From NCBI GenBank assembly GCA_040905045.1, contig JBBDSH010000096.1, forward strand, positions 4,927 to 68,926: a stretch of DNA of 64,000 nucleotides. Reading direction: 5' to 3'. The notes under the pieces were generated by a model. That model did not search any database. It saw nothing but the letters and a program-made list of their open reading frames with translations, and was not told where the DNA came from. Shown here piece after piece: positions 28,611 through 38,603 of this stretch. The DNA is from Gammaproteobacteria bacterium (lineage in GTDB: Bacteria > Pseudomonadota > Gammaproteobacteria > Eutrophobiales > Eutrophobiaceae). The first letter of the stretch is position 1; each line of letters opens with the position of its first letter. The position numbers and the translations under genes are program-made.

Positions 28611-29000
28611 GCTCCCGGTATCAGGATATGTCGTTTTAATTCCAACAGCATGCTTTGGGCCGTGTAATTGCGCATCGTTTTAAATTGCAGCACAGTATTC
28701 AAACCCGCAGGATATGGAGAATCTGTATTGTAACAAAAGCATCATATTCCGCATCGAATGTTCTGTCTAAACAAGTGTTCCGAACGGATGTACAGGAGAA
28801 GCTGTCCCCAGCTTACGATATGCCGGAATCCAGTTGAATAATAACCGCCCTCCGGGCGGACTTATCGGACTGGTGCCGTGTCAGACCGGGCATGATGTAT
28901 CATCCGCACTTGTACGCCCATTCGGTCAGCAGTTTGAATATATCAGGATATCAGCCCGCAACCCTGATGAAGTAATGCTTGCACACTGGTAAAAATTATT

Positions 29001-30560
29001 ATGCTTGATTCCTATCTCTCTTCCACGCTCGCCTTTCTGGCGTTTCTGTTTATTTTCGTTATAGGTCTGGGTGCCGCCGCAGTTGTGGTTTTGTTTCTTG
29101 TTGATGTTTGTCAGAGCAAGGACGCTATCCGCCGCAACTACCCCGTCGTCGGACGTTTCCGTTATCTTTTCATAAAGCTGGGAGAATTCTTCCGGCAATA
29201 TTTCTTCGCCATGGATCGCGAGGAGATGCCGTTCAACCGCGCACAGCGGCAATGGGTTTACCGGGCCAGTACCGCCCTGGACAATACCAGTGCCTTTGGT
29301 TCAACCATGAATACTCTCGCCTCGGGGACCATCGTATTCGTAAACTGTCCTTTTCCCAGCCTGGATCAGGATCTCGCCGCCTCCACACCCACGATAATAG
29401 GTCCCGGCTGCCGGCACCCCTATACCGCGTCTTCCTTCTTCAATATTTCCGGTATGAGTTACGGTGCACTGTCGGCACCGGCGGTGCGTGCCCTGTCCCG
29501 TGGGGCAAAGATAGCGCAATGCTGGCTGAATACCGGCGAAGGGGGGGTGTCCTCCTATCACGTGGAAGGCGGCTGCGATCTGGTCTTCCAGATCGGGACC
29601 GCCAAATTCGGTGTGCGCGACGCGGAAGGTAATCTCTCCGATGATAAGCTCCGGGAGGTGGCCGCCCATGAACAGGTCAGGATGTTCGAGATCAAGCTTT
29701 CCCAGGGGGCCAAGCCGGGCAAGGGGGGTATTCTGCCAGCGGCGAAGATCACCGACGAGATCGCGCGGATCCGGAACATCACGCCCGGGCAGGACGTTAT
29801 TTCCCCCAACCGCCACATAGATATCGACAGCGTAGGGGACCTTCTCAACAGTATCCACCATATACGCGAGGTCACCGGCAAGCCAGTGGGCTTCAAGAGC
29901 GTCATCGGCTCGGTCAGTTGGCTGGAGGCCCTGTGTCAGGAGATTCTGCGCCGCGGTATCGACAGCGCGCCGGATTTCATCACTCTGGACTCAGGTGACG
30001 GCGGCAGCGGCGCGGCACCCATGGCGTTGATGGATAATACCGGTCTGTCGATCCGGGAATCCCTGCCTCTGCTGGCCAACCTGTTAAAAGAATATCAACT
30101 CAAGGACCGTATTCGACTCATTGCCTCGGGAAAGTTGATCACGGCCGCGGAGGTGGGCTGGGCCCTGGCCGCGGGCGCCGATTTCGTCAACAACGGGCGC
30201 GGATTCATGTTCGCGCTGGGCTGCATTCAGGCCATGCGTTGCAATAAAAACACCTGTCCCACGGGCGTGACTACACACAACCCGCGCCTGCAAAGGGCTC
30301 TGGACCCGGCCGACAAGTCGGTACGGGTTGCCAATTATGCCTTTAATATGTGCCGCGATGTGGAAATCATCGCGCACTCCTGCGGCGTTCCCGAGCCGCG
30401 CAGGCTGCGGCCGTATCACGTACGTATCATGCAAGCCGACGGCCGTTCCATTCCGTTAAACGAGCTGTACCCGAGCTCTGATCCGGCCGATCACGACCCC
30501 GTCAAGGCGGCCGAGGCGGCTCGTAATGCCGCGCAAGCAATCGTACCGGGGCAGCTGTGA
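29001..30560 (+). CDS. FMN-binding glutamate synthase family protein (GltB domain-2 homolog), membrane-anchored
   Basis: N-terminal TM; 'NISGMSYGALSAPAVRALSRGAKIAQCWLNTGEGG', 'FEIKLSQGAKPGKGGILP' and 'LDSGDGGSGAAP' motifs. Confidence 0.75.
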   Translation: MLDSYLSSTLAFLAFLFIFVIGLGAAAVVVLFLVDVCQSKDAIRRNYPVVGRFRYLFIKLGEFFRQYFFAMDREEMPFNRAQRQWVYRASTALDNTSAFGSTMNTLASGTIVFVNCPFPSLDQDLAASTPTIIGPGCRHPYTASSFFNISGMSYGALSAPAVRALSRGAKIAQCWLNTGEGGVSSYHVEGGCDLVFQIGTAKFGVRDAEGNLSDDKLREVAAHEQVRMFEIKLSQGAKPGKGGILPAAKITDEIARIRNITPGQDVISPNRHIDIDSVGDLLNSIHHIREVTGKPVGFKSVIGSVSWLEALCQEILRRGIDSAPDFITLDSGDGGSGAAPMALMDNTGLSIRESLPLLANLLKEYQLKDRIRLIASGKLITAAEVGWALAAGADFVNNGRGFMFALGCIQAMRCNKNTCPTGVTTHNPRLQRALDPADKSVRVANYAFNMCRDVEIIAHSCGVPEPRRLRPYHVRIMQADGRSIPLNELYPSSDPADHDPVKAAEAARNAAQAIVPGQL

Positions 30561-30603
30561 ATCAGCGGACGTTCGGTTAGAAAGACCGATCTTGGAAACA
30601 GCC

Positions 30604-32244
30604 TTATATAAGACAGGCTTTTTCTTTCAGCAACACATTTAATATCTGATGGTTCAATGAGTAGTCAATCGGCAGGTCGACGACATGGACACCCGCTGTG
30701 TTCAGACAATGATCCAGGGTTTCCTGAAAGTGATCGTCGCTTTGTACACGATAGCCGTTGGCGCCGTAACTTTGCGCATGGGTGACAAAATCCGGATTGT
30801 CGTAATCCAGCCCGAAATCTTCAAATCCCATATCCTTCTGCTTCCACTTGATCATGCCGTAGGCGCTATCGTTGACGATAATCACCAGCAGATTCAGTTT
30901 CAGCCGCACGGCTGTTTCCAGCTCCTGTGAATTCATCATGAAGCCGCCGTCGCCGCAGACCGCAACCACCTGGGTCTCGGGATACAGCATTTTCGCCATC
31001 ATGGCGCCGGGCAGACCGGCACCCATGCTCGCCAGGGCATTGTCCAGCAGCATGGTATTGGCGGAATAGCATTTGTAATTGCGGGCAAACCAGATTTTAT
31101 AAATCCCGTTATCCAGGCTGATAACGGCATCCTCGGCCAGGCTTGTACGCAGTATATGTACCAGACGCTGTGGAAGCATCGGGAAGCGGCTGTCGTGAAA
31201 GTATTTTGACAGATGGGTCTCCACTTCTTTCTTGACGGTTTTGAAGTAGGACAGGTCCCAATGTGGTTGGGGTTCGATTTTCCGCGCCAGCCGGTGCACG
31301 GAGGAAGCAATATCACCCACCACATTCAGTTGCGGAAAATACACAGCATCCACCTCGGCCGGGGAGAAATTCACATGGATGACCTGTCTGCCTCCGTGGT
31401 GCATGAAGAACGGCGGTTTTTCCACCACGTCATGTCCTACGTTGATGATCAGATCCGCCCGGTCTATGGCGCAATGGAGAAAATCATGATCCGACAGGGC
31501 GGCGGTGCCGATATACAGGGGATGACGTTCATCGACAACGCCTTTGCCCATCTGCGTGGTAAAAAACGGAATGCCGGTGGCGTCGACAAATTCGGTCAAG
31601 GCCACGCTGACGCGTTTGCGGTTGGCGCCGGCTCCGATCAGCAGCAGCGGCTGCCTTGCCGCCTCGATCATGTTGACGGCTTCGGCTATGGCATCCTCCG
31701 TGGCATCGGGCCGGTAATGGCCGATGACGGGGAATACCGTATCAACACATTCCTCCCCGGCGATGTCTTCGGGCAGTTCCAGATGTACGGCGCCGGGCCG
31801 CTCCTCGATCGCCAGGCGGAATGCCTCTCGGACCAGTGAAGCGATGGTGTTGCCGTTGACAATCTGCCGGGTGAACTTGGTCACCGGTTGCATCAAATCC
31901 ACCACGTCCAGGATCTGAAAGCGGCCTTGTTTACTGGTTTTAATGGGCTTCTGACCGGTGATCATGAGCATCGGCATGGCTCCGAGCTGGGCAAACGCGG
32001 CGGGCGTGACGAGGTTGGTCGCGCCGGGACCCAGCGTTGCCAGACAAACGCCCGGTTTCCCGGTTAGGCGCCCATAAGTGGCCGCCATGAAACCGGCGCC
32101 CTGTTCGTGCCGGGTGACGATCAACCGGATGCCGGAGTCTTTCAGGGAATTCAGCAGATCCAGATTTTCTTCACCGGGAACAGCAAACACATACTCGACC
32201 CCTTCATTCTCCAGGGCCTTTACCATCAGATCGGAGGCTTTCAT
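30604..32244 (-). CDS. acetolactate synthase-like thiamine-diphosphate enzyme (AlsS/IlvB family)
   Basis: 'GVEYVFAVPGEENLDLL', 'TLGPGATNLVT' and TPP-binding 'GDGGFMMNSQELETAVR...NDSAYGMI'. Confidence 0.8.
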   Translation of the reverse strand: MKASDLMVKALENEGVEYVFAVPGEENLDLLNSLKDSGIRLIVTRHEQGAGFMAATYGRLTGKPGVCLATLGPGATNLVTPAAFAQLGAMPMLMITGQKPIKTSKQGRFQILDVVDLMQPVTKFTRQIVNGNTIASLVREAFRLAIEERPGAVHLELPEDIAGEECVDTVFPVIGHYRPDATEDAIAEAVNMIEAARQPLLLIGAGANRKRVSVALTEFVDATGIPFFTTQMGKGVVDERHPLYIGTAALSDHDFLHCAIDRADLIINVGHDVVEKPPFFMHHGGRQVIHVNFSPAEVDAVYFPQLNVVGDIASSVHRLARKIEPQPHWDLSYFKTVKKEVETHLSKYFHDSRFPMLPQRLVHILRTSLAEDAVISLDNGIYKIWFARNYKCYSANTMLLDNALASMGAGLPGAMMAKMLYPETQVVAVCGDGGFMMNSQELETAVRLKLNLLVIIVNDSAYGMIKWKQKDMGFEDFGLDYDNPDFVTHAQSYGANGYRVQSDDHFQETLDHCLNTAGVHVVDLPIDYSLNHQILNVLLKEKACLI

Positions 32245-32409
32245 TATTACAGTCTTGTTAGTATGTAAAGGTCAGCTCGCAGTATATTGTCGACATCATT
32301 CCTTTTAGGTGCAGATTCTTATTTATTTGTTACAACTGCTGATGAGCTCATCATATAACGCGGAATTATCACACCGGATGAATTTAACTCTGATATGTTG
32401 CCTGTTAAG

Positions 32410-33702
32410 TTATTTTTCCGGCTCTACCAATGCCTGATACAACGCCGTGACGGTGAGATGACGAATGTCCAGAGGACTGCCGGGGGCGCCCGCGCCCATG
32501 CGCTGGATCATGCCGATGAAAACAATATCGTGTTCGGGATCGATCCAGAACCAGGTGCCCGCCGCGCCGCCCCAGTAGTAGGTGCCCTTGCCCGTGAGTG
32601 TGCCGGCCCGGACCGGGTCCGTGATCACGGCAAAGTCCAGACCGAATCCGACGCCCGGATAGACATTCATACCGGCGGGCAGGTGATCGGCGCGCAGCAG
32701 GACCACCGTTGCCGGCGCCAGGATACGGACGTTGCCCAGTTTGCCGCCGTTCAAGAGCATTTGCGAAAAGCGCAGGTAATCCCGGGCCGTGGAGACCAGC
32801 CCGGCGCCGCCCGAGGACAGACTGGGCGGGCTGTTATAATCAGCGGCGCCGAATCGATCCCCCCTGGCCGGCTGCAGCATCTGTTTTTCCTCATCCCAGC
32901 CGTACAATTGCGCGAACCGATCCCGCTTTGCCTCCGGCACATAAAAGCCGGTGTCGCGCATGTCCAGCGGCTCGAAGATCCGTTCTTCCAGGAATTCCGG
33001 CAGACTGCGGCCGGAGAGTTTTTCCACCAGATAACCCTGGATGTCTACCGAGACGCTGTAGACCCAGCGCGTGCCCGGCTGGTACAAAAGCGGGATCCCG
33101 GCTAGCTTGTCGATCATGTCAGACAAACTGCTGTTCGCATCGAGTACGTTCTTTTCCGTATACAGCTTGTCCACCGGCGTGTTACCGAAAGCCCCGTACG
33201 TGAAGCCGGCGCTGTGAGTCATCAGCTCGCGCAGGGTGGGCGCGTGATCCGGTTCTTTCAGTATCAGATCGCCGCTCTTGTTCTCGCCCGCGTAAACCTT
33301 GAGATCCCGGAACTCGGGAATGTACTTGTGGATCGGATCATCCAGCTTCCATTTGCCTTCCTCGTACAGGATCATCATGGCTACACCGATGATCGGCTTG
33401 GTCATGGAATAAATACGGAAGATGGTATCCGGGGTCATGGGTTCGCCCGCCGCCTGGTCGCGCATGCCTACGGCCTTGTGGTGGAAGACCTTGCCGTGGC
33501 GCGCCGCCATGGTGACCACGCCGTAGAGTTCCTGTTCCGCCACCAGTCGTTGCATCGTGGCATCGAGGTGTCCCAGCCGTTCCGGTGAAAAACCCGCCTC
33601 GGCCGGGCGCGCGGTCGGTAGAGCGCCGTCCGCCACTGCCGGGACGGGTGTGGTAAGGATTATGAGCAGGACAGGTAGAATGCTGTACAGGCGGGCATGC
33701 AT
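32410..33702 (-). CDS. serine hydrolase, class C beta-lactamase/esterase family (signal peptide)
   Basis: 'SMTKPIIGVAMM' (SxxK), downstream 'YSVSVD', 'HSAGF'; N-terminal 'ILPVLLIILTTPVPAVA'. Confidence 0.7.
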   Translation of the reverse strand: MHARLYSILPVLLIILTTPVPAVADGALPTARPAEAGFSPERLGHLDATMQRLVAEQELYGVVTMAARHGKVFHHKAVGMRDQAAGEPMTPDTIFRIYSMTKPIIGVAMMILYEEGKWKLDDPIHKYIPEFRDLKVYAGENKSGDLILKEPDHAPTLRELMTHSAGFTYGAFGNTPVDKLYTEKNVLDANSSLSDMIDKLAGIPLLYQPGTRWVYSVSVDIQGYLVEKLSGRSLPEFLEERIFEPLDMRDTGFYVPEAKRDRFAQLYGWDEEKQMLQPARGDRFGAADYNSPPSLSSGGAGLVSTARDYLRFSQMLLNGGKLGNVRILAPATVVLLRADHLPAGMNVYPGVGFGLDFAVITDPVRAGTLTGKGTYYWGGAAGTWFWIDPEHDIVFIGMIQRMGAGAPGSPLDIRHLTVTALYQALVEPEK

Positions 33703-33955
33703 GGTTCCGGTCTCCTTATATATGTTCCAGTATCGATTCTGTCGTGTTTATCTTATCAGGCCCCGGACAATGATGCCCGAAGCAAACCACCGTATGCGAG
33801 TGGTCGGGAGTGGTCAGTCGAGTCAGGACTTGGCCCTGATTTCTAACAAGACCTGATTCTGATTTTCCATATCACCCAAAAAGGCTTCCCTCCAAACATA
33901 CCCCATAGGGGTGATACCGGAACCGGCGCATAAGGCGTAAAATCGTATATTTTAT

Positions 33956-36082
33956 ATGCCGTGCGGAGTCCTGATGATGGCGAAGAACAACAACAAACGC
34001 CGGCTTGAGGTGATTCGGTTGTGCCGGGATTCCATGGCGAATCCCGCCTTCCGGATCACGCTGGTCTATCTGGCCATTTCACTGCTCTGGATTTCTATCT
34101 CCGGCCGGGTAGCGGTGTTCCTGTCCGGGCACACGGACATTCCCTTGGATAAGATCGAACTGATCAAGGGTACCGTTTTCGTCCTGGTGACGGCCTTGCT
34201 TTTGTTCGTGCTGATCGCCCGCAGTGTCGGCAAGCTGAAAACCCACGAACACCGGATCCAACGACTGAACCGGGTCTACGCCGTCCTCAGCGGCATCAAC
34301 AGCGCCATTCTCAGGATCCGGGACCGCCAGCAACTGCTGGACGAGGCCTGCCGCATCGCTTCCGTTCATGGTCTGTATGAGGCCGTCAGCATCCGCATGA
34401 TCAATCCGGAAACGGGCGAGGTGGAAACCCTGGCCAGCGCCGGCCTGGCGAAGGACTTCATCGACAACATCAAGGTGACCGTCGCCGAGGGCGGGGCCTA
34501 CAGCCACGGTCCCACGGGCACGGCCCTGCGCGAGAATCGATTGGTAGTCATCAACAATATGGCCGCGGACGCCAGTGTCGAGCCCTGGCGCGAGGTAACG
34601 AAGCAATACTATATCCGCTCGTCCGCGGCGTTTCCCATTACCATCGACGGTGAAACCATCGGCGTGTTCAGCTTCTATTCCCGGGAACGGGATGCCTTTG
34701 ACAGTGATGAAGTACGGCTCCTGGACGAAGTCGTCGCGGACACCTCGCTGGGGCTGGAGTATATCAGCAAGGATCAGCAACTCGCTTTCGTATCGACGCA
34801 TGATGTGGTTACCGGACTGCCCAACCGGGCATTACTGGAAGATCGCATCGAGCAGTACCTGGCGCGTCATCATCACCAGCCCGGCCGTATCGCCGCGCTG
34901 ATCGTCATCGTTGTGGAAAATTACACCCGCACCGTGGATATCTACGGACCGTCCGTGGGCGACAAAATCACCCGTGAAATCGCCGGCCGGCTGACGGGGA
35001 TACTGCGGGAAGGCGATACCGCCGCCAAGATCGGCTCGCACCGTTTTGCCATCTTCATGGTCGACATGGGCACGCGCGGCGATGTCACTTATGCGTCACG
35101 GAAAATCACCTCCGGCCTGCCGGATGTGATCCCCATCAACGGCAAGGATGTCGTACCGCAGTACCGGGCCGGTATCAGCATCTGCCCGAAAGACGCGACG
35201 GACGCCGACAGCCTCATTCGCTATGCCAACCTCGCCCTGACCTCGGCCAGAAAAGAGGATGTCCCCTACCGTTTTTATACCAGCGAGGAGGAGGCCGAAA
35301 CCCGGCGCGCCGACAACATTGAAAGACTGCTCGGAACAGCCCTGCAAAGGCAGGAGTTCAGACTCTATTACCAGCCGATTATCGACACCCGCAACGGGCG
35401 GATGACGGGCCTGGAAGCCCTGATCCGGTGGCAAAACAGCGAACTCGGAATGGTCTCGCCGGGTGATTTCATCCCCATTGCCGAGGATACCGGGTTGATC
35501 GAGCAGCTCGGCCACTGGATCGTCGAACAGGCCGTTCATCAACTCAGCGACTGGACCCGGGACGGTGGTAACAAGGACGTCCACATAACCATCAATATTT
35601 CCAGCTCCCAGTTGCGGGATAAAGCGTTCGCCCGCAAGCTGCTGTCCGCCATCGAACGGATCGATTCGCACCTGCCCCGGCACAGCCTGGCGCTGGAGAT
35701 CACGGAGTCCATGCTCATGAACCGGTCCGAGAGTATCATGCGCCAGTTCGCCCGGATCAGGGAAGCGGGGCTGTCGATCTATGTGGACGATTTCGGCACG
35801 GGCTATTCGTCCCTGAGTTACCTGCACCAGTTCCCGGTCGATGTCCTCAAGATCGATCGCAAGTTCATTAACGACATGACCGGTAATAAAAGCGCGGAAG
35901 TCCTGGTCCGCGGTATCGTCAGCATGGCATGCGGGCTCGGGCTGCGCACGGTGGCGGAGGGCGTGGAAACGGAAGAACAGTTCGCCATGCTGAAAGACCT
36001 GGGCTGCGACATGGCCCAGGGATTCCTCTTCTCCCGGCCGGTCCCGGCCGGGGAAATCGATTTCGGCAAGTGGAAGACCTGA
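33956..36082 (+). CDS. membrane-anchored GAF-sensor protein with degenerate GGDEF and intact EAL domain (c-di-GMP phosphodiesterase)
   Basis: GGDEF position reads 'KIGSHRFAIF' (GSHRF); EAL domain has 'GLEALIRW', 'DDFGTGYSSLSYL', 'KIDRKFI'. Confidence 0.8.
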   Translation: MPCGVLMMAKNNNKRRLEVIRLCRDSMANPAFRITLVYLAISLLWISISGRVAVFLSGHTDIPLDKIELIKGTVFVLVTALLLFVLIARSVGKLKTHEHRIQRLNRVYAVLSGINSAILRIRDRQQLLDEACRIASVHGLYEAVSIRMINPETGEVETLASAGLAKDFIDNIKVTVAEGGAYSHGPTGTALRENRLVVINNMAADASVEPWREVTKQYYIRSSAAFPITIDGETIGVFSFYSRERDAFDSDEVRLLDEVVADTSLGLEYISKDQQLAFVSTHDVVTGLPNRALLEDRIEQYLARHHHQPGRIAALIVIVVENYTRTVDIYGPSVGDKITREIAGRLTGILREGDTAAKIGSHRFAIFMVDMGTRGDVTYASRKITSGLPDVIPINGKDVVPQYRAGISICPKDATDADSLIRYANLALTSARKEDVPYRFYTSEEEAETRRADNIERLLGTALQRQEFRLYYQPIIDTRNGRMTGLEALIRWQNSELGMVSPGDFIPIAEDTGLIEQLGHWIVEQAVHQLSDWTRDGGNKDVHITINISSSQLRDKAFARKLLSAIERIDSHLPRHSLALEITESMLMNRSESIMRQFARIREAGLSIYVDDFGTGYSSLSYLHQFPVDVLKIDRKFINDMTGNKSAEVLVRGIVSMACGLGLRTVAEGVETEEQFAMLKDLGCDMAQGFLFSRPVPAGEIDFGKWKT

Positions 36083-36127
36083 GGTATCCTCCGATAAACA
36101 GCAGCGCATCCCGCCCCGGGCGTCGTA

Positions 36128-36260
36128 CTTCCCACAACCCCGGTTTCACTCCGGAGTAAAACCCCGGGGGTAGGAGCGGCCACCCGGCCGCGATACCATG
36201 TGAAAAAGCCTTGTAGCCTGTAGCCCGGATGCAGCGCAGCGAAATCCGGGAAGCAGAAGG
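36128..36260. repeat. repeat cluster: family D fragment plus family A unit
   Basis: cccacaaccccggtttcactccgg...gtaggagcggccacccggccgcg, then gtagcccggatgcagcgcagcgaaatccggg. Confidence 0.75.
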
Positions 36261-36276
36261 AAAAACGAGCCGTCAT

Positions 36277-36375
36277 TCCGGACAAGCCCGCTTTTTGGGC
36301 GCGATCCGAAATCCAGCCAGTAACAAGGGCAGGCAGAGCGTCGTCCGCGAAAGCCGTCGGATGAAACAGGAATCG
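36277..36375. repeat. partial copy of the about 225-bp composite repeat, family F
   Basis: gagccgtcattccggacaagcccgctttttgggcgcgatccgaaatccagccag...gcagagcgtcgtccgcgaaagcc. Confidence 0.7.
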
Positions 36376-36618
36376 TCCGAAACAATGGAAATATAATCCA
36401 GGGCAAGCCGAACATGCCTGCGAGACAATTCTTTAAGGCGATGAAAATATGGAAAATGTTATGTGCTCTGGACACTTCGATCAGTAACTGTCTATACTGA
36501 ATATAAATCTAATCCGTTGAAAAAGGGAGTCTTTTCAATATGCTTCTCATGGTCGGCCATAGTGGAATAGTAAATACGTTTTTGGCTTCCTTGTTATCCG
36601 GCGTATAGAGGAGCAAGC

Positions 36619-36846
36619 GTGTACTTTGAAATTGTCGGCACTATCGAGAGTGTCGAGACTATCGCAGTTAGCGGCCAGATTCGGGAAATCAGGCGGTTTC
36701 AAAAGCGATTTGGTTTCGGGAGATGGCGTAAATTAAAAGGTAGAGCCACGGTCCGTTTGTTCAACGGAAACCTGAGACAGGCTGAGATACATTGGTACGA
36801 AGCTCACGGAATCGGTAAAAAGAAGATGAAGATAAACGCTTTCTAG
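36619..36846 (+). CDS. hypothetical small protein (75 aa), GTG start, low-GC
   Basis: GAGGAG RBS 7 nt upstream of GTG; basic C-terminal half '...AEIHWYEAHGIGKKKMKI'; no family recognised with confidence. Confidence 0.4.
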   Translation: MYFEIVGTIESVETIAVSGQIREIRRFQKRFGFGRWRKLKGRATVRLFNGNLRQAEIHWYEAHGIGKKKMKINAF

Positions 36847-36856
36847 ACTAAAGGCC

Positions 36857-37090
36857 ATGGCAGGAACACATCAAATCAACAGGAATTTCGTTCTCTGCAT
36901 TGAAGATCGGGATTGCGATGATCTTCAAAAAGGAAAGGTATATATAGTCCTCAAAGATCAGGATGCAGAGAGTGAAGATAATTTGCGAGTGATGGATGAA
37001 TCCGGTGAAGATTATCTGTACCCCCGTGCATATTTTGTACCGATCGATTTACCGAATGAGGCCAAAAGTGCAATTGGCGCTGAATCATAA
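36857..37090 (+). CDS. hypothetical small acidic protein (77 aa), possibly DUF4926-like
   Basis: 10 nt after upstream stop; 'LQKGKVYIVLKD...NLRVMDESGEDYLYPRAYFVPI' pattern; acidic. Confidence 0.4.
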   Translation: MAGTHQINRNFVLCIEDRDCDDLQKGKVYIVLKDQDAESEDNLRVMDESGEDYLYPRAYFVPIDLPNEAKSAIGAES

Positions 37091-37124
37091 AACGGGTTTT
37101 ATGACCTGAATGCATCTCAGTAAC

Positions 37125-37160
37125 GTAGGGCGGGTAGAGCGCCGTCCGCGAAACCCGCCA
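37125..37160. repeat. REP-like element, family E
   Basis: gtagggcgggtagagcgccgtccgcgaaacccgcc. Confidence 0.75.
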
Positions 37161-37170
37161 GATAAAAATG

Positions 37171-37395
37171 AATCGTCATTCCGGACAAGCCCGCTTTTTG
37201 GGCGCGATCCGGAATCCAGTCAACTTGCGGCCGAATAGATCTCAGCGGAATCCGGGAAGCAGAGCAAAGCAGGGTGGGCAGAGCGTTGTTTGCGAAACTC
37301 ACCGGATAGAAAAGGAACTATCATTACTGGCTCGGTTGGTCGTAATAAGGAGCCGTCATTCCGAGCGGAGCAAAGAATCTTCAACCCAACAAAAG
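37171..37395. repeat. about 225-bp composite repeat, family F (left flank of the PA2778/PA2779 pair)
   Basis: cgtcattccggacaagcccgctttttgggcgcgatccggaatccag...cagcggaatccgggaagcagagcaaagcagggtgggcagagcgttgtttgcgaaactcaccggatagaaaagg...ctggctcggttggtcgtaataaggagccgtcattccgagcggag; near-identical to 39421-39655. Confidence 0.85.
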
Positions 37396-37596
37396 ATCTC
37401 TCCTGTCGTCGAGATGACACCGTTGTGCCCGCATGCCGAGAAGGCGTCATTCTGAGTAGAGCGACGATCCCGGGTTTTACCTGTTCTGCGTGATCACCCT
37501 GTTCGCGTTGGTGTGGGAGGCGGTTGTGGGTGAGACATGGAGAGTGAATAAGGAATCCTGATACTGTCTGGCCTGAATCCCTGGTATCTCTTATGG

Positions 37597-38592
37597 CTAA
37601 TTATTGTGACCAGCTTCATGATATTCATCTGGCTGCAAAAGTCTGAAGGATGACTGCTTTGCTTTTGTTTCAGCGAGTGTGGTTCGGTAGATCTCATTAT
37701 CTTTATTCAAGGTAACAGCCTTGCGGGCGGCGTTGATCGCTTCATCGTACAGTGTCTGTTCAGCCAATGCATTGGCAAGATTGTTCCAGGCAGCTGCGTG
37801 CGAGTTGTCTGTTACAATAACTTCACGAAATGCTGCAGCTGCTTTACTGTATTTGCCCAGCTTATAGTAAGTGTTACCCAGTCCCATGCGGGCAATTGTA
37901 CTGACCGGCCAGCGTTGGAGTACAGTCTGGTAGGCAGTAATGGCAGCGGGGTATTGTCCGGCCCGTTCCAGACCCGCGGCCCCCTTGAGTACTGCCATCT
38001 CGGATGCCTGCGATGGCAGCTGATCGGGTGGAGTCACGGTGATGGCCCAGTAGTCGGCACGTTGCCAGGTTCTTTCAAAACTGTTGATATTGAGCACCCG
38101 TTGCGGGTCAAGACCGGAATGCAAAAACAGATTTTCAGCATCCAGATCATAGCCAGTGGCGACTGCAAAGTGCCATTGCGGATAAATTCTTACTCCCAGA
38201 TTCTGAAAGACCATAACCGGGTTGCCGGCAGCTATTTCTGCCAACAGGTTATGCAGGGAACTGACTTCAACCGACAACGCGCCATTGCGTCTGGCGCCAG
38301 CCAGTACATCTGGAGTGAGAGTACCTTCCCGGCCAGGTGTATAAATCTGGCTGGCGATGTCATGCTGTTCAGCCGGAATGCCTGCCCAATTCAACATCAT
38401 GGCCAGTGACGCCGGGCCACAGTAGTACTTCTCCTGTGGATAGAAAGGGACTCCTGCTACTGAGGCCCGTTCGGGGAGCGTCGATGGCTGCTCCAGCACC
38501 AGTCTTGTTTGTGGAGCTGCACACCCCGTTAATACAGATAATACAAGCAGGGGCAGGCTCCATTGAAAGCCTGCATGCTTGAGACAATGCAT
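37597..38592 (-). CDS. PA2778-family cysteine peptidase (C39-like papain-fold domain plus TPR repeats), lipoprotein
   Basis: lipobox 'LSVLTGC'; 'YCGPASLAMMLNWAG' catalytic Cys context; C-terminal TPR repeats ('AAWNNLANALAEQTLYDEAINAARKAV'); start placed at the internal Met to avoid overlap. Confidence 0.6.
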   Translation of the reverse strand: MHCLKHAGFQWSLPLLVLSVLTGCAAPQTRLVLEQPSTLPERASVAGVPFYPQEKYYCGPASLAMMLNWAGIPAEQHDIASQIYTPGREGTLTPDVLAGARRNGALSVEVSSLHNLLAEIAAGNPVMVFQNLGVRIYPQWHFAVATGYDLDAENLFLHSGLDPQRVLNINSFERTWQRADYWAITVTPPDQLPSQASEMAVLKGAAGLERAGQYPAAITAYQTVLQRWPVSTIARMGLGNTYYKLGKYSKAAAAFREVIVTDNSHAAAWNNLANALAEQTLYDEAINAARKAVTLNKDNEIYRTTLAETKAKQSSFRLLQPDEYHEAGHNN

Positions 38593-38603
38593 AAATCCAG
38601 GAT

